Source: Pseudomonas phage TIETA. Taken from it: a stretch of DNA of 64,000 nucleotides. The notes beneath the pieces are model-generated. The model was not told where the DNA came from. It did no database searches and was given only the letters and a program-made list of their open reading frames with translations. Where the stretch lies: the sequence record PV800129.1. One strand, 5' to 3'. A program made the translations under genes and the position numbers. The stretch's first letter is position 1. Each line of letters starts with the position of its first letter. Below, one piece after another: positions 43,945 to 53,583 of the stretch.

Positions 43945-44676
43945 ATGGCTGTCAACCAATTTGACAGAGAAGATTATCTGGAGGTGGCCCGGGAACGGGT
44001 CACTGAACAGTTTAAAGAGAAGCCGATCTTTGATCGCTTCCTGCAAGTGCTATTGTCTGGTAAGTTTGATATCCAGAATGCACTGGAAGACCTCCAGACT
44101 CTCCGGTCTCTGGACACAGCCACCGGGAAGCAACTGGACATTATCGGAGACATTGTAGGGCGACCACGCGGTCTAGTGTACCAAGATATTTTCAACTATT
44201 TTGGATTCGCTGGAACGGAGCGTGCAGGTTCTTTCGGAAGCCTGTCGGACCCTACGGTCGGTGCTCCATGGTACTCGGTCGGTGCTCCAACTGGTAACGC
44301 CAGAGAGCCGAGCGACGAAGAGTATCGGATGATCCTGAAAGCAAAGATCATCAAGAACAGAACAAACTCAACCCCAGAGCAAGTTATCGAAGCTTATAAA
44401 TTTGTATTCGGGGTTCCTGAAGTATTCCTAGAGGAGTACGCTCCCGCTGCTGTCCGTATCGGCATCGGTAAGATTCTAACGAACGTAGAGCGTAGTCTTC
44501 TATTCGACCTAGGTGGTGCGGGGGCGTTGCTTCCTAAGACTATCGGGGTTAACTACACATACACTGAGTTCCAAGCTGGCCGGGTATTTGCTACAGAAGG
44601 CTTCCCCGGAGGACAAGGCGTTGGAGACCTAAACGATCCCACTGTTGGTGGAATTCTGACCAACCTAGTGACATAA
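43945..44676 (+). CDS. baseplate protein (gpI-like)
   Basis: 243 aa between J-like and fibre genes. Confidence 0.4.
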   Translation: MAVNQFDREDYLEVARERVTEQFKEKPIFDRFLQVLLSGKFDIQNALEDLQTLRSLDTATGKQLDIIGDIVGRPRGLVYQDIFNYFGFAGTERAGSFGSLSDPTVGAPWYSVGAPTGNAREPSDEEYRMILKAKIIKNRTNSTPEQVIEAYKFVFGVPEVFLEEYAPAAVRIGIGKILTNVERSLLFDLGGAGALLPKTIGVNYTYTEFQAGRVFATEGFPGGQGVGDLNDPTVGGILTNLVT

Positions 44677-44686
44677 GGAGTTATAA

Positions 44687-46744
44687 ATGGCTGATTACGG
44701 TCAACTACCTATTGAAAATATCTGGTCCACAGGCGGGGATATGGTAGCCCCGACCCCAGCGCAGCAGCAAGGCGGATGGGGTATTCAGTCGGTTCCTCGC
44801 CAGTGGTGGAACTGGAAATGGAACCTTCACGATACCAACCTAGCGTATCTGCTACAGAAGGGCATCCCAGAATGGACCAGCACTCAAGAGTATATCGCAA
44901 ACAAGTCGTTCTGCACAAGAAACGGTTTCGTCTACAAGGCTGTCCGTACCCATACAGGTAGCGACCCGGCCACCGTTAGTTCTAACTGGGCCCGAGCTTT
45001 CGCAGACTTTACCACAGCTAGCTCTGCACTTGGAAGCCTGACTCCGAGAGAAGGAGGGATTCCTTTCTTCATTAGCGCATCTGGTGCAGGTGTGTTTGAC
45101 TCTACGGATTATGGACGTGGCATGCTGAACGTAGCCAACGCAGCGGGAGCTAGAAACTACATTTCGGCTCAAGAGAGTTCTGTTGTCCTGTCTAACCTAT
45201 CTACTGTGACTAGGGCTGCCAACGCGGTTCCGTACTTCAACACCGACACCTCGATGGCGACCTTCAACATTACAGCGTTCGGAAGAGGCCTAGTCAACGC
45301 TGGCGATGCAACTAACGCAAGAACCTTCCTAGGCCTAGCTAACTCTGCTACTATCACGGCTGATCCAGCCAACAGAGCACACACTCTGGTCTATAGAGAC
45401 GCTGCTGGTAACTTCAACGCTGGTGTGATTACAGCCACTCTTTCTGGTAACGCGACTACAGCCAGCAAGCTCAGGGCTCCAGTTACGATTAACGGCGTAG
45501 CGTTCGACGGAAGCCAGAACATTGTTCTGCCGGGCCTAGATACAAGCTACGCCGGGGTTGTAGCGAGGCTCCATATTAATGGAGCTAACATGACCGGAAC
45601 AGATAAGACTACCCAGTTGGCTCTTAGAAATAAATCTGATACAGATTGGATTAGCTTGGTGACTCCTGATGACAGCTCGTTGGTATTTCAATTTAGAGGG
45701 CCAGAAGCGGCTAACGCCACTCTGCGGGTTAACTCTAATGTTGTGTTCCACGCGGGAAACCAGTATGGACTAGGAGCTACTCAAACTCAAGCCAGAGAGC
45801 GGCTCATGGTTGACAGGCTGGCACAGAACACGACTCAGACTGTGCTGTACAACGCAGATAAGAGCAGGTACTTCTGGTTGCAAGATAACGGTGTTTCCGG
45901 TATCTGGGACGCAACGACTAACACCCCTCTATGGCGTTTTTCTAGACTAGGCCAGCTCGACTACGGAACAGTCCCTGTTGCACAAATTACAGGATTGGCC
46001 AACTCCGCGACAATTCCGGCATCCGCCTCCAATCTGACTAATCAGATTGTTGTGAGGAGCGGAACAGGAGATATCGCAGTACAAGGCGTTACAGCGTTTG
46101 GCGCTGTTCTGGGAACAGACTATATTAGAGTAAGAGCCAGCACTGGTAACGCTCACCTAGTATTCCAGAGGAATGATGGAGCAGAGGTAGGGCTTATTTG
46201 GGGAATCCCGTCTGCCAACTCTCTGAACTTCAGGACCGCAGGCGGTGCGACAGGCATGTCTCTGGCTGGTCAGGACTTGACTGTAGTTGGCAGGGTGAAT
46301 GCTGCGACACTCAATTCGTCTGGCAACGTCAACTCTGGCAACAGCGTGATTGCTGCCGGGAACGTGCAGGCTGCTGGCCGTGTGTACTGCGGCGATGCTT
46401 TTATGAGCAGCAACGGCAACCTTACTGGCGGAGCTTTCGGCTCTTATGGGACTCTTACCAACTGGGTAGACTCTGTATACGCCAGAAAAACTGACGTAAT
46501 GACTGATGCCCAAATCTTGGCTGCCACTTCTAGAGGTAGTGCTCAGGCTGTGGGAACATATGTCTTTGCGATTGCAGCTAGCGGAAGTGGGGATGTTGGG
46601 ACTGTAGTAGCTGGTACGTCTCTAAGGTCTTCGTCTCCCGTCAACTACCACGGAACTACGCTATCCGGTAGCTACAGGTGCATGGGTAGGTTCGGAGCCG
46701 GAGGTTCTAACCAGATTACCTTGTTCCAGAAGGTTGCAGATTAA
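44687..46744 (+). CDS. tail fibre protein 1
   Basis: 685 aa; N-terminal domain paralogous to 47174..48673 (GIPEW.S..EY...G..YK..RTH...W..AF); NARTFLGL repeat; Gly/Ser-rich C-terminal region. Confidence 0.65.
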   Translation: MADYGQLPIENIWSTGGDMVAPTPAQQQGGWGIQSVPRQWWNWKWNLHDTNLAYLLQKGIPEWTSTQEYIANKSFCTRNGFVYKAVRTHTGSDPATVSSNWARAFADFTTASSALGSLTPREGGIPFFISASGAGVFDSTDYGRGMLNVANAAGARNYISAQESSVVLSNLSTVTRAANAVPYFNTDTSMATFNITAFGRGLVNAGDATNARTFLGLANSATITADPANRAHTLVYRDAAGNFNAGVITATLSGNATTASKLRAPVTINGVAFDGSQNIVLPGLDTSYAGVVARLHINGANMTGTDKTTQLALRNKSDTDWISLVTPDDSSLVFQFRGPEAANATLRVNSNVVFHAGNQYGLGATQTQARERLMVDRLAQNTTQTVLYNADKSRYFWLQDNGVSGIWDATTNTPLWRFSRLGQLDYGTVPVAQITGLANSATIPASASNLTNQIVVRSGTGDIAVQGVTAFGAVLGTDYIRVRASTGNAHLVFQRNDGAEVGLIWGIPSANSLNFRTAGGATGMSLAGQDLTVVGRVNAATLNSSGNVNSGNSVIAAGNVQAAGRVYCGDAFMSSNGNLTGGAFGSYGTLTNWVDSVYARKTDVMTDAQILAATSRGSAQAVGTYVFAIAASGSGDVGTVVAGTSLRSSSPVNYHGTTLSGSYRCMGRFGAGGSNQITLFQKVAD

Positions 46745-46751
46745 CAAAATA

Positions 46752-46775
46752 GGCCCGTAAGGGCCTTTATAACTG
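46752..46775 (+). terminator. terminator AGGCCC-gtaa-GGGCCT + TTATAA
   Basis: read in sequence. Confidence 0.55.
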
Positions 46776-46787
46776 GAGGTGATTTTA

Positions 46788-47162
46788 ATGGAATTCAGAA
46801 ACGTTGTAAAAATTAAAGCGGGGTTCGAGTGCGAAATAAACCATCCAGAATTCGGGTGGATTCCGTACGGAGCTGTAGAGGGCTGTCCCACATCTCATTC
46901 TATGTACGTGAGGATCGCCAAAGCAGTTGAAGATGGCTCTACGGGGGTGGTAGAAGAAGAGGCTAAATATGACACCTTTGAAGCCAGATTGTGGAGAGAT
47001 AACGAGCTAATCCGGGCTGATCGTCAAGTAGAGATTGCTATCGACGATGAAGACGAAGTAAGAGAAAAGGCTTGGCGTAAATATCGTTCTGCACTCCGTA
47101 AGTGGCCAGAGCACAAGAACTTCCCATCCGAAAAGAGTAAACCAAAAGCTCCGAAGGAGTGA
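46788..47162 (+). CDS. tail fibre assembly protein (Tfa)
   Basis: GGAGGTGA RBS before ATG; C-terminal AWRKYRSALRKWPEHKNFP fits the Tfa signature (W..YR..L...WP..P). Confidence 0.65.
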   Translation: MEFRNVVKIKAGFECEINHPEFGWIPYGAVEGCPTSHSMYVRIAKAVEDGSTGVVEEEAKYDTFEARLWRDNELIRADRQVEIAIDDEDEVREKAWRKYRSALRKWPEHKNFPSEKSKPKAPKE

Positions 47163-47173
47163 GGTAAGATAAT

Positions 47174-48673
47174 ATGCCAAACATTATGAAGCCTACGGGA
47201 ATCAACGCTATCTGGTCTGAAAATGGCCAGAAGGTTGACCCGGGTGCTGTGAAAGTAGGGCTAGGCTGGGTTACGGAACTTCCTCCGTACCAGACTGCAA
47301 ACTTCATTGAATATAAACAAGACCTGTTTAACGCTCACGTCAACCAACATGGTATCCCTGAATGGGATAGCGTGACAGAGTATCAGGGTAACCTGAGCTA
47401 CACTCAAGGCGCTAACGGGATCATCTATAAGTGCCTTAGAACCCATTCCGACAAGATTCCAACTGACCCTCTGAACATTACAGCCGGATATTGGCGAGTG
47501 GCGTTTGAGGATGCGGGAGAGGCAGCTAAGGTTCAAGCCAACCTTGATCGGCATGTAACAAACTACAACACCCTCTCTGGGATTGGCAACGTAGTTATTG
47601 CAAGACAAAACCTAAGTGTGTATAGTAAAGCTGAAGGCGACGCCCGGTACGCTATGAAGCACGGGAACGGCTCTAATGTTTTCAGCGTCGCCACTGCCAC
47701 ACAGCCAACTCACGCGATCCCGCTGAGCCAGCTATCGACTCTCGTTCCTCCTGCGACCGAGACTGTAGCCGGGGTTATGGCAGTTGCTACGACTATCGAG
47801 ACAGAAGCTGGAGCCAATGATACCAAGGCTGTGAGTCCGCTCAAGGCCGCACAGGTGTATCTGAAGAAGAAAGACAACCTTTCCGGTCTGTCTAACGTCA
47901 CTGCCGCAAGAGCTAATCTAGGACTGTCGGATACAGCGACTATGCCTTCTTCTACATTCCTGAAGGCAGGTAGCAATCTGGCAGATGTGCCTAACAAGGC
48001 GCTGGCAAGATCGAATCTTGGAATTACAAGTAGTGCTACCCAGCCGGAAACCTATTTCTTGAGGAGCGCTCAGAACCTAGCAGATGTACCTAACAAGGCA
48101 CAAGCTAGAGTCAACCTAGGCCTCACTGGGATGGCTACAACAGACCCTGCGGCGGTTATGATGAAGGCAGACAACCTTGCTGGATTGGCTAACACTGCTA
48201 CCGCTCGGTCCAACCTAGGGCTAGGCACAGCTTCTACTAGAAATACAGGAGACTTCCTGTCGTCTGGGGCTAACCTGTCCGACCTCACGAACGTCCAAGC
48301 AGCTAGAAACAACCTAGGGTTGAAGGGAGCGGCTACGCTCGATGTATGGGGTCTTCCTGCGAATACAACTGCTATGGACTTCCAGTCCAGTCAGTCGGAT
48401 ATTTCCAGAGGATGGGCTCGACTACCAAACGGCCTTCTGCTACAATGGGGAACTGGTCCCGGTCTGTCTGATGACACAAGGACGAATATCCAACTCCCTG
48501 TTCCAGCACGAATCTTGAACGTTCAAGTGACCGTAATGGGGACGTTTAACAACTCCATCGGCCCGGGCGCTTTCATGACGGATATGTGGAGCAACACCGG
48601 GTTTAGAGTTAGCTGCAACTGGGGCAACTGGTCTTACCCGTTCAACTGGTTTGCTATCACTTCCACCCTGTAA
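47174..48673 (+). CDS. tail fibre protein 2
   Basis: 499 aa; repeated AR.NLGL units (ARANLGLSD, ARSNLGITS, ARVNLGLTG, ARSNLGLGT, ARNNLGLKG) typical of phage fibre repeats. Confidence 0.65.
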   Translation: MPNIMKPTGINAIWSENGQKVDPGAVKVGLGWVTELPPYQTANFIEYKQDLFNAHVNQHGIPEWDSVTEYQGNLSYTQGANGIIYKCLRTHSDKIPTDPLNITAGYWRVAFEDAGEAAKVQANLDRHVTNYNTLSGIGNVVIARQNLSVYSKAEGDARYAMKHGNGSNVFSVATATQPTHAIPLSQLSTLVPPATETVAGVMAVATTIETEAGANDTKAVSPLKAAQVYLKKKDNLSGLSNVTAARANLGLSDTATMPSSTFLKAGSNLADVPNKALARSNLGITSSATQPETYFLRSAQNLADVPNKAQARVNLGLTGMATTDPAAVMMKADNLAGLANTATARSNLGLGTASTRNTGDFLSSGANLSDLTNVQAARNNLGLKGAATLDVWGLPANTTAMDFQSSQSDISRGWARLPNGLLLQWGTGPGLSDDTRTNIQLPVPARILNVQVTVMGTFNNSIGPGAFMTDMWSNTGFRVSCNWGNWSYPFNWFAITSTL

Positions 48674-48689
48674 TTCAGGAGTATCAAAA

Positions 48690-49250
48690 ATGGCTCTAAC
48701 TGAGCAAGACTTCCAATCGGCTGCCGATGATCTCGGAGTCGATGTTGCCAGTGTAAAGGCCGTCACTAAAGTAGAGAGTCGTGGGAGCGGCTTTCTACTT
48801 TCTGGCGTCCCTAAGATTCTATTCGAAAGGCACTGGATGTTCAAGCTTCTCAAAAGGAAGCTAGGTCGTGACCCTGAAATAAACGACGTTTGCAACCCTA
48901 AAGCTGGAGGATACCTCGGCGGACAAGCGGAGCACGAACGTCTAGATAAAGCAGTCAAAATGGATAGAGACTGCGCACTTCAAAGTGCCTCTTGGGGCCT
49001 ATTCCAGATTATGGGATTCCATTGGGAGGCACTAGGTTATGCGAGTGTTCAGGCATTTGTCAATGCCCAGTACGCCAGCGAAGGATCGCAACTAAACACT
49101 TTTGTGCGCTTCATCAAGACCAACCCGGCAATTCACAAAGCTTTAAAGTCTAAGGACTGGGCAGAATTCGCAAGAAGGTATAACGGGCCGGATTACAAGA
49201 AAAACAACTACGATGTTAAGCTAGCAGAAGCCTATCAATCCTTCAAGTAA
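48690..49250 (+). CDS. endolysin (N-acetylmuramidase-like)
   Basis: start at MALTEQDF with AGGAG RBS; ESRGSGFLLSGVPKILFERHWMF... resembles the muramidase (DUF3380-type) family; lies just before holin and spanins. Confidence 0.6.
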   Translation: MALTEQDFQSAADDLGVDVASVKAVTKVESRGSGFLLSGVPKILFERHWMFKLLKRKLGRDPEINDVCNPKAGGYLGGQAEHERLDKAVKMDRDCALQSASWGLFQIMGFHWEALGYASVQAFVNAQYASEGSQLNTFVRFIKTNPAIHKALKSKDWAEFARRYNGPDYKKNNYDVKLAEAYQSFK

Positions 49251-49267
49251 ATCTAGGAAGGTTCCTA

Positions 49268-49522
49268 ATGAAGAAGCTATTCAAAAGCTGGAAGTTCTGG
49301 GCTGCTGTAGGCTCTGCAACTTTTATGGCTCTGGAAGCCATGGTTCATCTTTGGGAGCCTATCCTTCCTCCCGGCGTGTTCGCCGCAGTAGCCACACTGG
49401 TAGCTGTTGGTGTGAGAATTTCGGCAGTGTTTGTAACTGCTGGTAAAGTGGAGGAAGCGATTTCGGAAACCATGGAACATGACACCATAGAAGATGGCTC
49501 AATAGAAAATGATACTAACTAA
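49268..49522 (+). CDS. holin (two TM helices)
   Basis: 84 aa, hydrophobic segments WAAVGSATFMALEAMV and VFAAVATLVAVGV, acidic C-terminus; lysis-cassette position. Confidence 0.5.
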   Translation: MKKLFKSWKFWAAVGSATFMALEAMVHLWEPILPPGVFAAVATLVAVGVRISAVFVTAGKVEEAISETMEHDTIEDGSIENDTN

Positions 49523-49952
49523 ACTCAAAAACTACTCCCTCGTAGTAGCTGCCGCAATGGCAGCAGGGTTTGGATATCTGTCGTTCTCTTTGTACGGCGA
49601 CTTAGCTGTTGCGAAGAATGATATCCAATCTCTTCAAGCTGCGTCTCGACAGATGGAAGAGCAGTTCCAGAAAGAGCGAGCAGGGTGTGAGATCACCACT
49701 GGGAGACTAGAGGCACATATAGCCCAAATGAAGAGCCGACAGGAGCTTCTACAAGGCCATCTGTGTGAGCTTGAGTCTCTACCCAACCCAACCCCAAGGG
49801 AGACCCAAGAAAATGCCACAGAGACGATCTCTGAGCCTTCTACTGGGGATAGTCTGGACCCTGCTCTTACAAGCTTGCTCGACAGGGCCTTCTGTTCCGC
49901 AGTACCAAACGATCCTTATTGTGCCCCCGGCAAGCCTGACCGAGGAGGTTAA
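49509..49952 (+). CDS. i-spanin (Rz-like)
   Basis: N-terminal TM VVAAAMAAGFGYLSF then coiled coil, Pro-rich C-terminus; o-spanin embedded. Confidence 0.6.
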   Translation: MILTKLKNYSLVVAAAMAAGFGYLSFSLYGDLAVAKNDIQSLQAASRQMEEQFQKERAGCEITTGRLEAHIAQMKSRQELLQGHLCELESLPNPTPRETQENATETISEPSTGDSLDPALTSLLDRAFCSAVPNDPYCAPGKPDRGG

Positions 49953-50094
49953 GGTATACCGAGTGGAGCAAGATACAGTTAAGGGGCTCGCTAGAGCTTA
50001 CATTCTAAATACTAACAGTGCTGCCATGTGCAATAGTCAACTACAGACGATAAAGCTATGGGCAGAAGAGCAGAGGGCTCTGTATGGAAAGTAA
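49813..50094 (+). CDS. o-spanin (Rz1-like lipoprotein) in +1 frame overlapping i-spanin
   Basis: MPQRRSLSLLLGIVWTLLLQAC|S lipobox; AAGGGAG RBS; Pro-rich mature region. Confidence 0.6.
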   Translation: MPQRRSLSLLLGIVWTLLLQACSTGPSVPQYQTILIVPPASLTEEVKVYRVEQDTVKGLARAYILNTNSAAMCNSQLQTIKLWAEEQRALYGK

Positions 50095-50389
50095 AGACGG
50101 CAAAGAAGGCCTAATCAAGGTAGCTACACAGGGAGTTATCTCTCTGCTAATTGCTATCCTAATGGCTTGGTCTGGATTCCTAAGTTCCAGTCTTTCTAAG
50201 CAGGAAGAACGTATCTTTGCGATGCAAAGAGATATGGTATCCGAGGCAAAACTTAACGCACTAGAGTCGAGATTCAATAGCCGACTTGAAAGTGAAATTA
50301 GTAACGTTAGAAGAGAACAACAAGAAACCAACCGGTATTTGATTTTGATTATGAATGCCGTCAAGGGTCGGGATACAGCAACTCAATAA
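50084..50389 (+). CDS. membrane-anchored coiled-coil protein (101 aa)
   Basis: TM ISLLIAILMAWSGFL followed by coiled coil. Confidence 0.45.
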   Translation: MESKDGKEGLIKVATQGVISLLIAILMAWSGFLSSSLSKQEERIFAMQRDMVSEAKLNALESRFNSRLESEISNVRREQQETNRYLILIMNAVKGRDTATQ

Positions 50390-50424
50390 ACATAACCCGT
50401 TAACCCCAACTGGGAGACAATATA

Positions 50425-50739
50425 ATGACAAGGAAACAAGACTGGCCGCTGATTTCAGCAGTCGGAGCTTTGTTTATCTCCCTCCTTGTCTGTATGGCTA
50501 TTCTGGCTTTCACAGCGATGACTCCCGAGGCTCGGTTTGACTCTGTACGCCAGACCTACGAGATTCGAATTAGCGAATCTGAGCGGCGGTATGAACTCAA
50601 ACTGAACAGACTACAGGATCAGATAAACTCAGCCTCGTACACACAAGACCGGCAATCCCGCTTGCAATATGAAGAACTCGACTCGCTTAAAAGGAAGATT
50701 AGCGAACTTGAGCGGAAAATAAAAGAAAAACAAGAATAG
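50425..50739 (+). CDS. membrane-anchored coiled-coil protein (104 aa)
   Basis: TM LISAVGALFISLLVCMAILAF followed by coiled coil. Confidence 0.45.
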   Translation: MTRKQDWPLISAVGALFISLLVCMAILAFTAMTPEARFDSVRQTYEIRISESERRYELKLNRLQDQINSASYTQDRQSRLQYEELDSLKRKISELERKIKEKQE

Positions 50740-50742
50740 TTA

Positions 50743-50780
50743 AGCCCCGGAAGCGAAAGCTTGCCGGGGCTCTTTGTTAT
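50743..50780. terminator. bidirectional terminator, homologue of the 1604-1643 element
   Basis: AAGCCCCGGaagcgaaagcttgCCGGGGCTCTTTGTTAT; at convergence of + lysis operon and - operon. Confidence 0.7.
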
Positions 50781-50786
50781 GGGTTT

Positions 50787-51095
50787 TCAGCGAACAACTT
50801 GATAAACTTCGTCGAACAGTTCGTCAAGCTTCTGGATAACCTTTTTAGCCAGCTTCTTGCGAACTTTGTTAGCCTCTGGGCCGGAATGGAGTAGCTTCAT
50901 ATCGGTCGCGTTGCCCCAGTCCATCGCCCCGTTGTCGAACAGCACTTTAACATTCAGATGCATCGAGGCCGAGTCAATATCGACAACTACGCCGGTCGTC
51001 CGGGCGTTGGTCTTTTCGAAGGTAGGCCTTGGCATGTCTGTGTCCAGACTGCCAACCATAACAACCTGCCCTTTCTTAACGTCAGATAGTTCCAT
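50787..51095 (-). CDS. hypothetical protein (102 aa)
   Basis: ORF. Confidence 0.45.
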   Translation of the reverse strand: MELSDVKKGQVVMVGSLDTDMPRPTFEKTNARTTGVVVDIDSASMHLNVKVLFDNGAMDWGNATDMKLLHSGPEANKVRKKLAKKVIQKLDELFDEVYQVVR

Positions 51096-51105
51096 TAAAA
51101 CCTCC

Positions 51106-51426
51106 TTAATCTAACCTCATTAGTGTGTTGAACTGATGCCTCAGAGACTTAAAAGCCTGTGGTCCGTCGTCTTCCGCTCCTTCATGAATGTGATGAGCTA
51201 TAAGGTGTATCAGTCCTCTGTCTCCCAGCAAAATAGAGCTAGGAATCTCTTTTATCCAAGCTACAAAGCAGCAGAAGTGCAATACCTCCGGCATAGAAGC
51301 CTTGAAGCTGGAATCGTCCAGCTTCGACAGGCGGTTATACGTGGCTTTGAGATCGGGATAACTCAACTCATACGTTGCATAATCGTCGATGTGCTCATCA
51401 CCACTCACCATATATTGCAAGCTCAT
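51106..51426 (-). CDS. hypothetical protein (106 aa)
   Basis: start moved to internal MSLQYM with AGAAGGTG RBS. Confidence 0.4.
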   Translation of the reverse strand: MSLQYMVSGDEHIDDYATYELSYPDLKATYNRLSKLDDSSFKASMPEVLHFCCFVAWIKEIPSSILLGDRGLIHLIAHHIHEGAEDDGPQAFKSLRHQFNTLMRLD

Positions 51427-51427
51427 T

Positions 51428-52237
51428 CTACACCTTCTTGCCGCCTTCTGCAAGGCGAGCTTCCCTCTTGTGGTCTGCACGAGTCATGTTGTACTCGATC
51501 TTCTCGATCATAGCCCCTGCAACATCCAGACCCCGTACATTCGCATAGTCCATGATACGAATGGTAGCGTCTGCCAGTTCCACCTCTTCCATCTTCCGCT
51601 CTGGCAAGTGATCGTCCATCAAATCCTTACGGACGCCTTCAGCAGCTTCCGCAATTTCAGTGGTAACGAGCATCAGCATGTGCAGAGCATCACGTTGAAT
51701 AGGCTCTCCTGTGACAAGATCAGTATTCCACTTGCGATTAACAACCTCCAGACCAGTCATCATGTTGTTAAAACCGTTCACAAACTCGAAAACGGATTCA
51801 CGTTCGAATAGCTCACCGAACGTCGGCTCCTGATCCTCAACAATTGCAGTGCTGAAAGGCCACTCCATCCAAGCATCGTGGAATTTTTTGATAAGCTCTT
51901 GTTCATCAATGTACGAGAAGGCCACCTGTCCATCGATCACATTGATAGCTTCGGCTCCCTCCATCCAAATGCACGTACCAATAATACTTGGATCGATTCG
52001 CAGAGAAGTCTTGTAGACTTCTTTCCACGATCTCCATCCTACCATACCATTGCCAAAGTACACAAGGAGTGGCATATAGAATCCTCGCTTTTCCTGCTCT
52101 GGAGTTTCTATAACTACAACAAACGCCGGAACTTTCTCCCCATCTGGGCGTTCAGTCAGTACGAAGTCTCCCAAGTTGACATTCTCCCGACTAGCTGGGC
52201 GAAGAGCTTCCTCGATATGGTCTTTAACTTTACTCAT
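51428..52237 (-). CDS. MazG-like nucleotide pyrophosphohydrolase with N-terminal domain of unknown function
   Basis: C-terminal RDALHMLMLVTTEIAEAAEGVRK...EVELADATIRIMDYANVRGLDV...IEYNMTRADH is the MazG fold signature; start MSKVKDH. Confidence 0.65.
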   Translation of the reverse strand: MSKVKDHIEEALRPASRENVNLGDFVLTERPDGEKVPAFVVVIETPEQEKRGFYMPLLVYFGNGMVGWRSWKEVYKTSLRIDPSIIGTCIWMEGAEAINVIDGQVAFSYIDEQELIKKFHDAWMEWPFSTAIVEDQEPTFGELFERESVFEFVNGFNNMMTGLEVVNRKWNTDLVTGEPIQRDALHMLMLVTTEIAEAAEGVRKDLMDDHLPERKMEEVELADATIRIMDYANVRGLDVAGAMIEKIEYNMTRADHKREARLAEGGKKV

Positions 52238-52389
52238 TAACTTCGTCCTCCTCACAGAACATTTCAAAATAACAATCACAGCATACCAGCATGCCGCCGT
52301 CATTTACAATTTCTTCGACCGGGAGAATGCTTCCACAGCATTCACACCCAGCCCGTTCGACACCACCTGCACAGGCCCAATAGTCCATC
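52229..52389 (-). CDS. small Cys-rich zinc-ribbon protein (52 aa), translationally coupled to MazG-like gene
   Basis: MDYWACAGG...GCECCGS...VCCDCYFEMFC; GGAGGG RBS; 8-nt overlap AATGAGTAA with downstream start; absent from ORF track (<60 aa). Confidence 0.45.
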
Positions 52390-52400
52390 TTCACCCTCCT

Positions 52401-53552
52401 TCACTCCTCCTTCAGAAGGTACTCGTTGCTAATAACCTTGAAACTAAAGTCTCGGCTCATGCTTTTGAACACCAAACCTTCCCGGTACTTACCGTTCAAC
52501 GCAGACTCTCCGCTAGCCATTTCAATTACATCTTGCATGTCTTTTGGAACGCCTACGTCCCACATGTACACCGGCACATGTTTAACATCCTCTTCGCCGT
52601 CATCAGCTAGCGCGTTCAGGATTCCCAGAGTGGCCAGTCGCTCTTCTGGAAGATAGTAACGACTCTCCGAAATGTTGTAGATATCGTACACATAGTATTC
52701 CGGTTTGTCAACTCCCTCGAAGTTGCCTTGAATATTCGGTGCAACCAGTTCACCCTGAAGGGCGATATTTAGACCAAACTCCCGGAGACGTTCACCAAGA
52801 TTAAGCTCTTCTGCCATCGCAGTGAAGTGATTGGAGTCTTTCTTAATCACACGCTTCCAGCCACGACCCTTAAAGAAGTTCTTGACAGCCGTGAAGAACC
52901 CGATCTTCTCGTCTTCCAGACGGAAACCGACATTTCGAGACGCCACGCCTACTTCTCCATCCTTGTGCCAGATGGTGAGAGACGAGCCGTCCAGCTTGAA
53001 TGTCACTTCAAACTTCTCGTCCTTCTGATGAGCCTGATCGTAAGCCATCTGAATATTCTGTACGCGGGCCTGATCCGTTTTCGGGATGAAGTTGGGGAAC
53101 CCTAGCTTAGAGGTGCCTTTTCGGTCGCCCTTAGCCTTTGCTCCGCCGTCAATAGCCGCCTGTTCTGAAGGCTTGACATACTTCAGAATACCCATCTGGT
53201 CAGTGAGGTCTTGATCCTCTTTAAGATTAGGAAGGCCGGCAGCATCAACAGGCACGATCAGACCTTGGCTAAGCTCTTTACGCAGCTTCATAGTTTTGAT
53301 CCGAGAATATTCTTTTCCATCCCGCTCAACCATATTACGGCCTCGCAGGAATTCAAAGATAGGGTTGTCCATAGGGACCATGGAATCCACTTCAATGTAG
53401 ATTGCCAGATCACCAGCCTGATACTCACCTCGTTTGATTACGCACTGCCAGCCACCAACAAGCGCCAGATCAAGGCTGTCAGCGTTAGGATGGGTCTTCA
53501 CATCGTCGATACGCACCACTCGGGCTAGTACGCGGTCTTGGGAATTGCTCAT
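52401..53552 (-). CDS. RNA ligase-like nucleotidyltransferase with N-terminal tRNA-binding-type OB domain
   Basis: N-terminal HPNADSLDLALVGGWQCV resembles tRNA-binding OB folds; central TFKLDGSS lysine motif I (KxDG). Confidence 0.55.
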   Translation of the reverse strand: MSNSQDRVLARVVRIDDVKTHPNADSLDLALVGGWQCVIKRGEYQAGDLAIYIEVDSMVPMDNPIFEFLRGRNMVERDGKEYSRIKTMKLRKELSQGLIVPVDAAGLPNLKEDQDLTDQMGILKYVKPSEQAAIDGGAKAKGDRKGTSKLGFPNFIPKTDQARVQNIQMAYDQAHQKDEKFEVTFKLDGSSLTIWHKDGEVGVASRNVGFRLEDEKIGFFTAVKNFFKGRGWKRVIKKDSNHFTAMAEELNLGERLREFGLNIALQGELVAPNIQGNFEGVDKPEYYVYDIYNISESRYYLPEERLATLGILNALADDGEEDVKHVPVYMWDVGVPKDMQDVIEMASGESALNGKYREGLVFKSMSRDFSFKVISNEYLLKEE

Positions 53553-53583
53553 ATATTTCCTCCTTTATTTTAAATTTACTAGA

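Noticed and set aside
51136-52610. + strand ORFs 51136..51513, 51389..51811, 51878..52240, 52176..52610
   Set aside because: Antisense to MazG-like and neighbouring genes. No RBS.
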